From Sphagnum compactum (Eukaryota): a stretch of 64,000 nucleotides of DNA. Where the stretch lies: contig OZ234493.1 in assembly GCA_965153455.1 (NCBI GenBank), positions 20,636,213 through 20,700,212 on the forward strand. The letters run 5' to 3'. The notes beneath the pieces are model-generated. The model did no database searches and was not told the origin of the DNA. It was given only the letters and a program-made list of their open reading frames with translations. The translations under genes were made by a program, and so were the position numbers. This document shows, one piece after another, positions 23,473 to 36,006 of the stretch (position 1 is its first letter; every line of letters begins with the position of its first letter).

Positions 23473-25903
23473 GATGAGTTCTCTACTTCTTGAGTCCCCA
23501 GTGTCCCAAGGAGGAGGAGCACACCTGCTGCGTGTCTGATCTACCTCCACTTGAATCCCAGTGGATGTCGCCAGCTAACCCTACTACCACAAGCGGAATT
23601 CTTCTTGTCGTTGCAAATTCGTCAGCATCAAAGATCCTCCTCCTCTTCCCTCTAAGCCCTGCAGCTGGCTGATAGATTCTCTTAACATCTGCCACCAGCC
23701 AAGATCGAATCACCCACTCTTCACGACTGCATTACTGGTAACAAACTGGGTGTTGTTGTTGTTGTTCTTTTTCTGGAAGGTGGTCTCTGAAGACCTCGTT
23801 CCTGCAGTCGGCAACATGAGGGATAGGACAAAAGAACACTCCTTTGTAGATTGCTGCTACACAGTGAGTGGGCAGGTTCCCAAATGTAGACACGATCCGT
23901 CCGTCGACACTGATCTCTCTGTACAGTGTGGTGTGTACAGTGTGGGAACACAAATACAAAAGTGGGGGTGCTAGCAAGCAAGCTAGCTGTTGTTACTTCT
24001 TCTTCAAGTCCTATATTCTTCTGTACAAAGCAGCAAAAGAATTCTTCTGCTTCTTCTTCTTCTTCTTCTTCGTCCTTCGTTCCAGCATCTAACTCTTGAC
24101 CACCACCTTCAAACCCATGTTGGAATCGTGGAGAGAACCTGTTGCAGACGGCAAAATCAGGGAGTAACGCAAAATGGGTGTGTCTGTCTGTTTGCCCAAG
24201 TCTCGCAATCCAACATTAGATCGTTCTAGTACGACTGTATCTGTGATGCGAGTGCTCGTTCCCAGCTGCTGCTGCTGCATCCCTGCTGCCCCAGCTTCGA
24301 CTTGTGTCATACCACGACATCCTATTCTTTCTCTCTTTCACCCCCGCGGATCTATCTATCTACCTATTCTCTCTCAATCATGAGCTTCAATTCTTCTCCA
24401 GTGCTGCACACTCCTGATCACATTCCTGCTGGCCCTCAAGTCCAGTGCTCCTCCTCCGCCTCCACATGAATGGACGTGTATCTTACACGCCTCTGCAGGC
24501 TTAGGACCAGCTCCTCTTCCGTAGACATCCTTGAAAACCAACACCCACCTGCAATCAGAGAGCCCCATAAAACAACCATCTGAGCAAGAAAACACACACA
24601 CACACACACACACAAAAGACCCAGAAGACGCACACAGGATCGAAAGAAGAAAATAACTGCACCTTATCTTCTAACTACAACAGAAGTGTTTTCACGAATA
24701 CCACATACACGAGAAATCACACCAAGAAATCACAAACAAAAAAACCAAGAAAGAACCTGTCAACCAAAAGAAGAGTCATGCACAAACTCAGACAAACCCA
24801 ACAAAGAAAAGAAGCAAGCAAGCAAGTAAGCAAGAAAGCTACCAATACACTACAATCTGCAACCACATGAGCGAAGAAGGCAAAAAAAAAAAAACCAAAA
24901 TCTCCAAAACTGAAACAACAACAGAACTGAACTCAAGCAGCCAAAGAAGAATCTAGTATGGAATGTTGTTGTTGTTGTGGTTGTTGTGGTACTACAATAA
25001 TAAGAACACCAAAACTGCATAATCAAGTACCCGTTGTTGTTGCTGAGTACTTCTTTCCAACAAACAAACAGACGAATGCTGCTGCACTTCTGTCAGCTCC
25101 TCCTCCTCCTCCTCCTCTTTCCTCCAACAAACAAAGTTCTCTCTTACCAACTTCTTCTCCTTGTTCCCAACTTCTTCAAGTCCTCCTCCTCCTCCTTCTT
25201 CTTCTTCTTCTTGACCACGGCTTCTCCTTCTCGACAACGTGATCTTGCGCCGAACACCCAAGATCTTTCCACGAAATGGGACGAAGAAGATCACGAAGAA
25301 ACGCCAATGCAGACGAAGACTGCAGCCCAAGACTGCCAAAGCCCATACATACATACATACATACATACATATGCCCCCCCCCCCCCCACTTTCACTTACT
25401 TAATAATTTTGTTCATGAAGCACTCACTCTCCATAAATAAATATTTACAACAAAAAAAAAAGTTTTTCTTGTATAATTTGTGGAAATGGTTTAGGGTTTA
25501 GGGTTTCATCACAACTAATTAAAAAACCCTAAACCCTAATTATACCATAAGAAGATCAGATCAGATTTTTGGATTGGAAATTTTTTTTGCCATCCAAAAA
25601 TTTCCCCTATAATAATTTTTTTTAAAGTTAAGAGATTCATGCTCTCAAGGCTCAAGTTGGAGGCACACATGAGCGGCATGGGATTAATGCTTTTGTTGGC
25701 TTCCTAGACAAGCCTCAGGGGAGGAGGGAGGAGCTCTTCCCCAGAGTTTAATAGGAGACATGTCATGAAGAACCTTGTGTTTTCATGTTCGGACTAAAAA
25801 CCCTAATGCCAACATGTAGTGTTTTTATGGTCCAACGACTCAAAAAAACTCATTCGGTAGCACGAAAACTCATCAAGCGCATGCACCGGCCTTATTTTAC
25901 ACT

Positions 25904-25977
25904 ACCAAAACGAACTTCATCATATAAGAAGAATGTGAGAACCAAAACGAACTTCATCATATAAGAAGAATGTGAGA
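25904..25977. repeat. Perfect 37-bp tandem duplication
   Basis: ACCAAAACGAACTTCATCATATAAGAAGAATGTGAGA at 25904-25940 and 25941-25977. Confidence 0.95.
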
Positions 25978-26075
25978 TACGGTGGCCTAGGGATGCTAAG
26001 CATGTTTCATTCATTCATACCAACCAACCCTAGTAGACCTCCAATCCAATGCATTATGCCACCCACACAAAATGG

Positions 26076-26106
<31 letters not shown>

Positions 26107-26713
26107 TTTATATTTTTAAAATTTTTTAAAAAATTATTTTTTTAAGTCATTATTTCCCAAGGAAATTTTTGGTGGACCCCAAACTATTATTTTAAGAATT
26201 AAAAGAGGGGAGAGACCGTTGTTGTGGTTTGTTTTTGGGGTGGGGGGATTGCTAAAATAAAACTACCATGATTTTTGCTCATGAGAAGAGTGTGGACAAA
26301 AGACCCCCAAATTTTAGGTCACTCCAAACCAACTTTAGTCTCACTAAAGGTATAAATTATTTGATACTATAATTATCAAAGAGGGGGAGAGGGGGAGAAG
26401 TTTTAAGTTAGGGGAAGGGGGTCCACATAACCGTGTTGTGTTGTCTAGGGTTGTTGTAGGTAGGTAGGTAGGTTGGTAGGTAGGTAGGTGCATTTTGACC
26501 ATTGACCAAATGGGTGAAAAGCCACCCACTCTATTATGATGAAGGCAAGGCCAAGGTGCCTTTGGAACAAGGGGGAGAGAGGTTTGGGGGGGAGAGGTTT
26601 GGGGGGGGGGGGGGGGAGGGGGACATAGGCAATAGTAGGAAGCTTTGTGGATTTGGGTTTTGTTCTTTTGGGGAATTGGGAGAGAAGATGTCTTAGTTTT
26701 CCCTAGGAAAGAA

Positions 26714-26957
26714 AACCTTAAACCCTAAACCCTATTATAAAAGGAACCTTAAACCCTAAACCCTATTATAAAAGGAACCTTAAACCCTAAACCCTATTAT
26801 TAAAGGAACCTTAAACCCTAAACCCTATTATAAAAGGAATCTTTAACCCTAAACCCTATTATAAAAGGAACCTTAAACCCTAAACCTTGTTATAACAGGA
26901 ACCTTAAACCCTAAACCCTATTATAAAAGGAACCTTAAACCCTAAACCCTATTATAA
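26714..26957. repeat. 31-bp minisatellite x8 containing telomere repeats
   Basis: Unit AACCTTAAACCCTAAACCCTATTATAAAAGG at 26714, 26745, 26776, 26807, 26838, 26869, 26900 and 26931. Confidence 0.95.
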
Positions 26958-29900
26958 CATCGGTGTAAAGTTTGTCTTTTGGGTTTGGTAAGTAATGGAT
27001 GGTTTTGAGAACTACCTTAAACCATAGGATCAATTTCATCGTATAAGATTATCCTTTAAATTTTGAAGTGATTTCTTTTTTGGGTGAAAAAAACATGAAC
27101 TTGAGATGTTGTAAACAAAAGCTTCATAATTATCGTAGGCTACAAGATCTGAATAATTCGGGTAATTGTATGGCAAAAAATGTCATAGTAAACTATTGTA
27201 GATAATGAAATAATAATAATAATAATCTGAATTATTAAAAATGACAATTTTTTGGGGAAAAAAAATTAATGATTCGTTTTGTCAATTTGGAAGTTGATCC
27301 TAGGCTATGGGGTATATAATGGTGCTCAAAGAAATGCATCTCAATTGAAATGTGATCCACCGAAGTTAAGAGTACAATTTTTTTAAAATCGGGATATGTT
27401 ACAAATTTTGGTCCCTAGGTGAAGTTGAGTCCATTAGTTGGAGGTCCTCCTAGTACCACAAGTCTCCATGAAGAGTGAGATGAGAGTGGTACAATGGCTC
27501 TAGTGACCATCATCTCCTAACAAATCATTCCTAGATATGCCGAGTCCATAGATGGTTAGTACATAGTTAACCATCATGGTGAATAGTATGTGGAGAGTCC
27601 GAAGCTAAACCCACCCGTGGATAGTTGTCTAGCTAACCACGGTGGTTAGCTAGGGACTCTCCACATATGCATCCATTGGGGATGGAAGTGGTTACCACAT
27701 AGTGGTATGCAAGTAGGTAAGGCCCACTTCAATAGTGGGCGGGCACATGTGGTAGGTAGACTATACATGTGGATGGTTAGTACATGGCTAACCGCCATGG
27801 TTAGCCACTGGACCGTCCACATACCATCGATCCACCCACATACTATTCCTCTTACATGGTGTGTAAAATGGTCATTAAAAATTCTCGCACGTGTAAGTAG
27901 AAGAGAACACGCCCGAATGTCAATTATGAACAAAGAAAGCTTAACATACACAATCTTTACAAACACTCAATTTTGTGCATGGAAGAATCTTGCCTTGTCG
28001 AATACTCTCTAACTAACTAGAGACCAATTACTCAAAGCCAACACTCATATGTACATAGAGAATAACTCAAAGCCACTAGGTATATTATGTTCGACATTGG
28101 TAGAGGCCCACATATTGGGTGTGGTTGGATATGCTCCAAGCCATTCAAAAAGCAAAGTTGGCATATGTTTGCATCCATTTGCAACGACGGTATGTTGATA
28201 TGTTCAAATGGTATGACGTTTGCAAATATATGTATGTATAGATATGGATTATGAGTTTTCATTCATTGAAAGGAGGAATATGTTTTTTTTCATTCACGGT
28301 TCAATGACTTTTTCATCCACCAACAAGCCCGTCACAACTTCACTCTTTTTAGTTCGATATTAAATAAGCTTTTCCATCGTCCGTTGAAACATCATGAAAC
28401 CCACTCGGTTAAGGGCACCATTTACTCATTAAGGGCTTTCCATTCGTACCAAGAGAACAACAAGAGGCACATGGTTTGGGAGATCCCAACACGGCAATCA
28501 AACAAACAACCTTCCTTCATAGATAATTTTTTTAAAATGAATTAAAAATAAAGAAAAAGCAACCCTATAATGCAATCCATAAGCTTCTAGAAAAAGTAAC
28601 CTAAAAAAAGCCAAAAAATTCATAACTGGGTCATGAAACGGGTCCAATGGATGAAAGTCATCCACAATTGAGTCAAAACTAGCTGGCTTAAAATATAATG
28701 GAGTCAGCTTTTCCATCAACTTTTTCTATCTATTATTGCATTGTATATGTTCTTGCCTATGACCAGCAAATAATGTACTGTGGTGATGGCACACACAACA
28801 CATAACATGAAATGAAATTGGGCTTTGCATTGTTTTGTCTAAATAGGGTTTAGGGTTTAGGGTTTTAGACTCAAAACCCTAAACCCTACTCACGGGTTGT
28901 TGCACTTGGTCAAGGTTCTTCATCTCTTCCACACATCATAAATAGTGCACTTTTGTCATTAGTCAATTTGTGGCAAACGATTGTTTTTTTTTTTGTTTTA
29001 GGTCTTCTTTGTTATTGTTAATTGTCATTTCATAACCTAAGGTCCTTTTTATGTAGGATTTTTTTTCCTTTTTTATTTTTGGTTGATTTGTTTAGTTTCA
29101 TTTTTTCTTTTGGGTTGTCTTTATTCGTGCTCTCATTTGCTTTGTACTTTTGATGGATGGATTCCTGTCTTTGATTTTTTTATACACGATTTTTCTTTTT
29201 TTGTATCTGTCAAGATAAAATGTTTTAGACTTTTTTTTTTGTAAACAAAACAAAAAAAATTTCCATAGGTTTAGGGTTTTAGGTTCCAAATTTTAGGGTT
29301 TAAGGTCATGGGTATCAAAGAGGCCTTTTCATAATATTGTCACTTGAGCTTTGCATTGCTTCACATTGTTAGTGACCATCAGCTTTTTTTTTTTTTGTCT
29401 TTTTTTATGTTCCCATACGAATCCTAATATTTAGGCGCATTCTACACACAAGTATCAAATTATTTATTTATTTTGAAAATTTAAGATTCATCATGTGAGT
29501 TTTTGATTTTTGAACTTTTTACAATATAAAAAGTTTACATATTAAGTTTTAACTAAAATTCAGGGTTTTTTATTGTCCTTGTGGTTAATAATGTGCTCAT
29601 AACTAATGTGCTTATCCGGACTAGGCCATGTTTTGATTCCAAATTCCTACAATCAAAATTTTTGAAATTTTCGACAATAGGGCTAAAATAAATTCAAAAA
29701 AATCAGCAAAATATAAATAATGCTCAAATTGCCCATGTACTACAATAATTAATCATTATTAGTATGATTTCTTGAGTGCTTTAACCAACCTACCCATTTT
29801 GTTCCCATTTTAGATGGGTGCATTTTTTTCCTATTAAATTGGGTAGTGTTCCCTCAAAACTATTTGGGTCATCAAAAGATCTTGTTAACCTTACTAGATT

Positions 29901-30119
29901 AGTGAAGGTTCTTGATCAAATTTGTTTTTCATTTTTATACCAAAATTGGCCAAAAACATTGCCCTAAAAATAGGAAAATTAGCTAAGTTAACACTAAAAA
30001 AAATTCAAAAAAAATTCCAATTTTTTTGTAAAACAATGAAGAAATTTTCCTAGGAAAAACAAATAGTGATCTCACTAACAATATTGTAAACAAAGTGCAA
30101 ACCTTGTTTATAAAAAACC

Positions 30120-30490
30120 ATTACTACCTGCATGTTGAACTATTAGTTTATTTAAAATAACCCCAAAAAAAAACTAAAACCACCAAATCTAGTAATCATA
30201 TTTTTCTGAAAAAATAAAAAATTAAGCTTACACACAACCCTATTTTGTTGAATATTTAAAATAATGATCCCTTTCTTTCATTTCCATTGATCATTTAAAA
30301 AATTTCACAAACCTATCAAATCTTGTTACACATTTGACATTAAGTTCACTCAATGTAATTAGAAAAATTAATTCAAACCGCCAAACCCAACAATTTCATT
30401 AGCCATAACAATTTTTTGTCACACCTACACAAGCCTATTCAACATCCTCTACGTATTAGTAGGTACACTAAAACTACAACCCTTGTCTCT
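30120..30490. repeat. Dispersed repeat family A, copy 2 (inverted relative to 9498-10070)
   Basis: CACACAACCCTATTTTGTTGAA, CAATTTCATTAGCCATAACAATTTT, CACACCTACACAAGCCTA and GTACACTAAAACTACAAC match the reverse complement of copy 1. Confidence 0.75.
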
Positions 30491-31084
30491 ATATAGATAA
30501 GGTTACAAAACAACAATGTAAAAACATTGTTAAAATCAACATATAACCATGTGTCATTTATTCATACATGACATTTGTGAAAAACAATTAAGACTTGTTA
30601 TGATCAACACAATTTGGGTATGATGAGGCATCCACCTTGAAGTGCCATTTCATTTGAAGCCTTGTCTACAAAGCCTTTTCTAATGGCTTTAGGTACCAAT
30701 TGTATTATATGCCCTTTGATGATGACAATTTGTCAAACACTATCCTCAACTCACCTTCCTCAAATTCCTTCCTTTTTCAAAGGTTTTATTTTGCATTATT
30801 TGTGTAACTTTAATAAGTGAGCTAGCTTTCAATTCCATCCATATGAATGTAAATGAATGTATATGCTACAACATGTTCAAAAGAAACATTTTTTTTCATC
30901 ATATGTAAGGTCTTCCATTCTAGTCCCACGGGAAAATCATTCTTATTTTATAAGAAAAATCAAAAAGTTGAAAATCATGTTAGAATCTTGAATGTTAAAT
31001 TTTTAACTCATTTTAATTTAATCTCAACTAGTGTAGCCTTTGTTGTTGGCTCGAGTGTGATCTACTTATCGAACTAATTTTCCT

Positions 31085-31460
31085 TCCAAAACTATTTTAA
31101 AAAAAATTTAATTAAATTTCCAATGACAAAAACTACTCAAATTTCAATATTCCTCACAACTTAAGTCTTCTTTTCTTTTTTTCAAATTTTTTTTCATTAA
31201 ATCTAACTCATTGAAAGCTTTCCAACAATACCAAAATCACACCCAAATTCTTTTATAACTTTTGATTTGAATGAATATTTAGTGAAAATTTCAATAAATT
31301 TTCCATTGTTTATCAAAAGATTATGAAACCAACTCAAGTCACCCCTACTCATCAAGGGGTTTCCAAAAGTACCAAGAAATGTTCTAGGGGGCACCATGGT
31401 TTGACAAACCTCAACATGAAAAACAAAACAAATTAACTAATTACCTTGATTCCTAAATAA
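31085..31460. repeat. Dispersed repeat family B (other copies at 54553-54912 and, partial, 28370-28525)
   Basis: Shared AAAACTATT.TAAAA, TACTCAAA.TTCAATATT.CTCACA, GCTTTCCAACAATACCAA, CCTACTCA...GG.TTTCCAA, GGCACC..GGTTTG and a terminal CAAA..AAC..CCTT. Confidence 0.75.
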
Positions 31461-34400
31461 ATTACACATCACAATGTACATGTTTGCATCTTTGGTCAAC
31501 ATCAAACATAAGGCTTTTCAAATCACTTCCATTGATTCATTGGCTCCAATTTGTATGGATGTACTCTTATATTCAACTATCACTTTCTTTAACAAATCTT
31601 CACAATATTGTAAAGGAATTGGAATTGACGACCGTAAATAATTTCCAATTGAATTCCAAACTAATTAAACGTTTCCATCATGGTCACTCTCCCTTTATAG
31701 AGGCATAGATTGAGGTTATTAATGTTTCCATTCCAATTATTCTAAAAAAAAATCTAAATTAATTTAATTTTTTATCCACAAAATGTACAACATCTTGCAT
31801 ACACATATTTGATCTAGATAATATGGTTTCATCCAATGCATTTGTGTACACCACAAGGTTTCTATTGAATAGAAGGTTGAAACAAGTGCAAATTAGAAAT
31901 TTTCAAACATATCAAATCATTTTATTAACCCCACATTTTCATCAATGTGCATGCTTGACATATTTTCAAATGTCAACAAACGTATGGTTTAATCTATAAT
32001 AGCAATTTTGATTTCTTTCAAAATCAAGCGATTATATATATATATATATAGTGTGTGTGTGTGTGTGTGTTGAACATGGTTTTAATTATAGTTTGAATTT
32101 TCTTACAGTTTATCATGATAATATACTTGTTTGAAAAGGTATTTGTTTCATGTCTAGCCATATATTCAAGTTATCTCATCAACATGTGTAACGATTAATT
32201 CTTTTTATGAAACTATAACACCAATTTGAATGTTATTCACCTAGTCCAATGAATTTTTATTTGATAATTTTGGTGATGGTAAGGCAAAGGGTCTTTGTGC
32301 ATCTAATGCCAACCTTTGAACTTTCAACCTAGGCAATCAAAATTAGTGCATACAATTTTATTTCATTCCAATTTTGTCATTTTTGTAAATGAATTTTAAC
32401 TCAAAAGTCAATATGGTATCAAATTCCAGATTGAATTTTACCATATTTTTCCAAGAGGTGAAAATGTTATACTTTTACCAAATTTGAAGGACTCCTATCA
32501 TCATGTGACTTTCTCCCAAGTTCTCTCATGGCTAGCATTAACTTTTGAAACCATTCAAAAGACCCTATCTCCTTTGAACACCATAAGAAGTTTCATGAAG
32601 GTTAAATCGATATTCAAGCTTTAAACCATGTTAAGTTGGATAACCTCTTGTTCACCATCTTGAATGACATTCAATCAAAAGTTACACAATCAATCTTCAT
32701 TCTCAATTTCATTATAGTTATGTGCCTCCATACACCAACACCCATTGCGACATGATCATTTCATTTTTTATCAATGATTGTGTCATATCTTCATCATGTT
32801 GCTCTTGCATTAATGAATTTGTCATCACAAGATATTTTTTTTGGGTTGATAATTCTTTAGTTATGTCTTTCTTAATCAAGGGCACCATTGTGACCAATCA
32901 TGCATTGCTGAGGAAAACAATATGTGCCACCATGTCGGTAACATCAAAATAGGGTCATTAATTATTAAATGTCAAATTATTGAAATGTTTCAGATTTTTC
33001 AAGCATTTTTTTTCTCGTTCAAAATTGTAGTCTATATCTCTATACTTTACTTCAAACTACCCAACCATGGCCTTTGAGTCTTTTTTGCAAACCCCTTGGC
33101 ACCATTGTGATATATTAAAGTTTTATTGCAATTTTAACCTTTTCTCCAATAGATCAAACACTTGTTCATGACCCTCCAACAAAACATATATGACACTTTG
33201 TCCTTTTTTGGAAGATTTCAAATATTGACCATTTCCTTTGCATGGATTTAGACTTTCCTTTGAATAAGGTCTTGCTTTTAGCATTTATATCATCATGTAA
33301 TTGATTAATGTGTGTCCAATTGTTTCCTTTTGTTTGTTGACATTTCCTTTTCATGCTTTTCTCTCTCAAAATTGTCACCAACACCATTTCTTTCAGCTTT
33401 GAGTGTTTCATTCTATTCATCCTTCATTTGCTGGCTTTAGTTAACATGGCTATAAATCAATTAAAATTTTATCCCAATTGCCAACAATTTTGTCCCACCT
33501 CTTCCATAGCCTTGTGTTTTGAAATTTTGATGTAAACATTTATTGAAGGCCTTGCTTCGCTTTGGCAACCTTTTCATGGTTGTTGAAATCTACACAAATA
33601 TCTTATTGCATCAAAGTGATGAGTCTTTGCTTCCTTCATGACTAGACTTCATACCAATGCAAGTTTTCCATCAAGAAATTATAGAAACAACAAGCTCAAT
33701 CATGAGTGTCCCAACCTCAATATTATTGGCACTCAATTTCTTGTGTTCACTCATATGACCATAATTGGTTTTGTTTTTGCATATTTTACCTTAGTAAGCC
33801 AAAACCCAATTATGACCGTTTGATTTCCCATGTTCACACCATTCACAACATTTGTATTTGAATTATAATTCATTTGATCACCCTTGATCAACTCGCAAAT
33901 TTAAACTTTCAACATTAGTTTGCGTAAACATAGGGCATGATAAAGTACATATTATATCATTCACATAAAAAGGTTCTAATGATTCCCTTCATCCACAAGA
34001 TGTTACGTAATCTTGGCTAATTATAGAGGTTCATCCATTTTCAATCTTCCAAAATGTAGAATAGCTATTTTCCTCTTTCAACACTTTCATAAACAATCTG
34101 AAAGGTGCTCCAAACTCTCTAGAGCTATTATTTCCTCATATATAAGTTGGGAAAGTGAGTTTTCCTGAAAAGTTCTGACCCTTATGACCTCCATTACAAT
34201 GGTCCTCACTCAAGCAAAAGTGCCCCACCCCATCCCCCAAACCCTTATGCTCTCCTTTTTCTACCTGGCATTTTTGGCCCCTTCAAAAAAAGGGGTCAGA
34301 GCTTTGGAGGTATGTTGGGCCACTCATCCAATTTTTTTGCTTCAAGTGTTCAAGTCACTTGAACATCAACTCACATGAAAACTCAGAAAAGCCTTCCCAA

Positions 34401-35390
34401 GACCAGAATTATGGGTACCTCTTCAGCTGTCCATCTCTGCCAGTCTTTCAGCTTGATGTTGAATCCTATCTGGTACAGAAAAGGGTTGAAATCACCCGAT
34501 TAGGGGGCGAGAACGGCCAGTTTCGGCATAATAGGCCGTCGGGAATAAAAATTTTATAAAACGAAATAACTGGGACCCAAACTAGTTTCATCCTGTCTTC
34601 TTTTCTTTGTTTGCTGAGCGCCTCTACTGATGCTACATATATTTTCACTGCTCCGACCTGTACTACTACTACTATAGTTACTCTCGAACCTTGTGCATTA
34701 AATGCTGAGTTTACTGAGATCTGCTGATAAAATTCCCAGGTTTATGTTGCAGATACCACTGAAAGAGGGGATAGGGGGTGAAAGAAAGGGTGGAACAAGG
34801 TGACTTACTTTTTGTCTATTGTTTACAACAGTTCTTCAGCTCGTGCAAGGATCCCACTTTAGTAGTAAGGCTTAGTTGGGGGCTTGATACAAATTATATT
34901 CTCGAGTTCTCAGATCCATTTCTACTACTTGTCCTATAGTATCATAGGAATGAAGAATGAAGAATGAACATGCCAGTTAGGTCTCATTTATCTCCCTTTC
35001 AATCAAGTCATTCTCATGCTGAATCAGAGCTTTGATGGGATGCACACCAGTCAGCTTACAAAAGTAGAAATCCATGGCAATAAAGTTTCACATGCAACAA
35101 GAGGCGAACAACTTTCTTTCTGATGAGTCTATCTAGAATTTTTTTTTGTTTAATAAAAAGTACTGTTGTCAGCATGTCAAAAGCTCTCTATGAGTACACA
35201 AACTGATGGAAGGAAGGAGTCAAAAAAACCAGTCATATGAGCAACAACACCCACCCAGTAGTAGTATTGGCTGTGTTATCAGTTTCCCAAAAGCTCAAGC
35301 TCTCTTCTGATGACATGCAAAATCTGTAGTAAGTAAGATGGTATTTCTTGTCTTTTCTGCTGTGTTCTAAGGTGGGGGACTGGGGACTTG

Positions 35391-35425
<35 letters not shown>

Positions 35426-35733
35426 TTAGGGAAAGCATCAGCAGCAACAGCAGCTGCTACCTACCTATCTAGTGTCTCCAAAAGAGACAGAAAAAATAAG
35501 TTGTCAATCCTAGCTCACTCAATTTCTTCTGCTGCACTGAGTCACTTTGTCCCACAGTTTCCAGATCCTTTTCTCTCCTTCAGCTCATTTGAGAGTAGCT
35601 TGGCCATTGTTGCAGGATATCAGTTATTATCTATCACCAGTGTTGTTGTATGGGTTTTGGAATTTATAAAATATATCAGAATTTAGAGAAGCGTCAGTCA
35701 GTCAGTTCTGGTTCTATTAAAAAATCAGAATCC

Positions 35734-36006
35734 AAGAACACGCCAAGGCCACGCTTATTTGAAACCCATCAAAGAACACGCCAAGGTCACGCTTATTTGA
35801 AAACCCATCAAAGAACACGTCAAGGTCACGCTTAATTGAAACCCATCAAAGAACACACCAAGGTCACACTTATTTGAAACCCATCAAAGAACACGCCAAG
35901 GTCACGCTTATTTGAAAACCATCAAAGAACACATCAAGGTCACGCTTATTTGAAACCCATCAAAGAACACGCCAAGGTCACACTTATTTGAAACCCATCA
36001 AAGAAC
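35734..36006. repeat. 38-bp minisatellite x7 inside an AAAGAACC-rich repeat element
   Basis: Unit AAGAACACGCCAAGGTCACGCTTATTTGAAACCCATCA at 35734, 35772, 35811, 35849, 35887, 35925 and 35963. Confidence 0.95.

Noticed and set aside
32100..33950. Decayed coding-like stretch (similar stretches at 47300-48100 and 49100-50500)
   Set aside because: Probably old transposon debris, but no diagnostic motif could be read with confidence.
34347..34365. Palindrome TGTTCAAGT-C-ACTTGAACA and a nearby exon-like unit (34420-34470, -)
   Set aside because: Isolated and short, with no supporting gene model. Compatible with chance in 64 kb.
35734..36006. 38-bp and 67-bp arrays as CRISPR-like
   Set aside because: There are no unique spacers and no cas genes, and the context is eukaryotic.
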